This document shows positions 63,163-64,000 of a stretch of DNA of 64,000 bases, in pieces. The notes beneath the pieces were generated by a model, which saw only the letters and a list, made by a program, of their open reading frames with translations, was not told where the DNA came from and did no database searches. The position numbers and the translations under genes were made by a program. The DNA lies in assembly GCA_963716255.1 (NCBI GenBank), contig OY970303.1:2112001-2176000 (forward strand), given 5' to 3'. Source of the stretch: an uncultured Gemmatimonadales bacterium. GTDB lineage: Bacteria > Gemmatimonadota > Gemmatimonadetes > Longimicrobiales > Longimicrobiaceae. The first letter of the stretch is position 1, and every line of letters begins with the position of its first letter.

Positions 63163-63419
63163 GTGTGTGGGCTCTGCGTGGTGGATCCCGTCCCGCCCCG
63201 GCGGCGGGACGGTGCCGGATTCTCCTGGTGGCGGAGCGGGAGGCGGTGCGTGGAGCCGCGGCGAGCCGGAGGGGAGCAACGGGCGTTCCCGGGGCGGATT
63301 GCGGACAAGTGCCTGGCGCGACATGACTTGAGGAGGGAGAAGGCGAGGCCGGTATGTAGCGGTACGGTACAGCGGCCGGCCGACTGGCCGGAAACGCGAC
63401 AGCGGGCGCCCCACTCCGC

Positions 63420-63568
63420 CGGGGCGGTTGCGTGAGGGATTTCGGCCCGCAGGGGCGAGACCCGGCGGCCGTTTGCCGGGGCTCGACTCCGTTGAGCAGC
63501 GTTGTTTGCTGCTCTACGGAGCCGAAGCCCGACCCCGGCGCCAGCCGGGGGCACGCCCGAGCCCCGCC
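63420..63568 (+). repeat. Structured dispersed repeat, copy C
   Basis: Core GCGTGAGGGAT...GCACGCCC at 63430-63558, overlapping the 3' end of the glycosyltransferase gene. Confidence 0.9.
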
Positions 63569-64000
63569 GTCTCCGTGCCGACGAGGCCTGCGTACAGCCT
63601 CTGAATACGCCGCGCGGTGAAGTCCGCGTCCTCGGCGACGGCCCTCGCCTGCGCCCGGGCCGCCATCGCGAGGCGCCGGTCCTCGTCCGCGAGGAGCGCG
63701 GCGATTTCGCGGGCCAGCGCGGCGGCGTCCCCCACCGGGACCGCGGCGGCGGCCTCCGGCGCCCAGTCCGCCAGGTGCCCCACGGCCGTCCCCACCGCCG
63801 GCACGCCCGCCACGGCGGCCTCCAGCAGCACGATGGGGTCGGCCTCGTGGCGGGACGAGACGACGAGCAGGTCCGCGCGCTCCACCCATCCGCGCAGCGC
63901 CGTGTGGGGAAGGAAGCCGTGGAAGCGCACGGCCTCGCCCAGCCCGAGCTCCGCGGCCAGGCGCTGCACGGAGCCGCCGAGGGTGTCCTCACCGACCACG
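63514..64000 (-). CDS. Glycosyltransferase (GT4/GT-B), C-terminal part; start is outside the window
   Basis: VRFHGF, ADLLVVSSRHEADPIVLLEAAVAGVPAVGT (Ex7E motif). Confidence 0.88.
   Translation of the reverse strand, partial: VVGEDTLGGSVQRLAAELGLGEAVRFHGFLPHTALRGWVERADLLVVSSRHEADPIVLLEAAVAGVPAVGTAVGHLADWAPEAAAAVPVGDAAALAREIAALLADEDRRLAMAARAQARAVAEDADFTARRIQRLYAGLVGTETAGLGRAPGWRRGRASAP

Overview
A very GC-rich bacterial window. The protein style suggests Gemmatimonadota (Longimicrobium-like), but this is an unverified impression. Three items stand out. (1) A compact plus-strand RiPP-type cassette at 628-3744: a near-consensus sigma70 promoter, an unannotated 55-aa precursor ending ...AGHLNYFKTTS, a strong hairpin, an FxsB/YhhB/HaaB-like cyclophane-forming radical SAM/SPASM enzyme, a 2OG-Fe(II) oxygenase and a SAM methyltransferase. 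(2) Two giant minus-strand NRPS genes (59139-44851 and 44816-11409) forming a 12-module line with 6 epimerization domains and a terminal TE. Signatures read by eye suggest beta-Ala at module 2, Leu at 8, Thr at 10, and one recurring unassigned A-domain type at D-modules 3, 5, 7 and 9. The first NRPS begins with a docking-like helix and a C domain, and a decayed A-domain relic lies just upstream. (3) Three dispersed copies of a ~150-nt multi-stem non-coding element with extensive compensatory changes and G-U pairs. The rest is small accessory genes: acylase, racemase-like, DinB, VOC, DHFR-like, isochorismatase-like, sulfatase, ECF sigma factor and glycosyltransferase. All calls come from manual motif reading; no searches were run, and domain boundaries are approximate.
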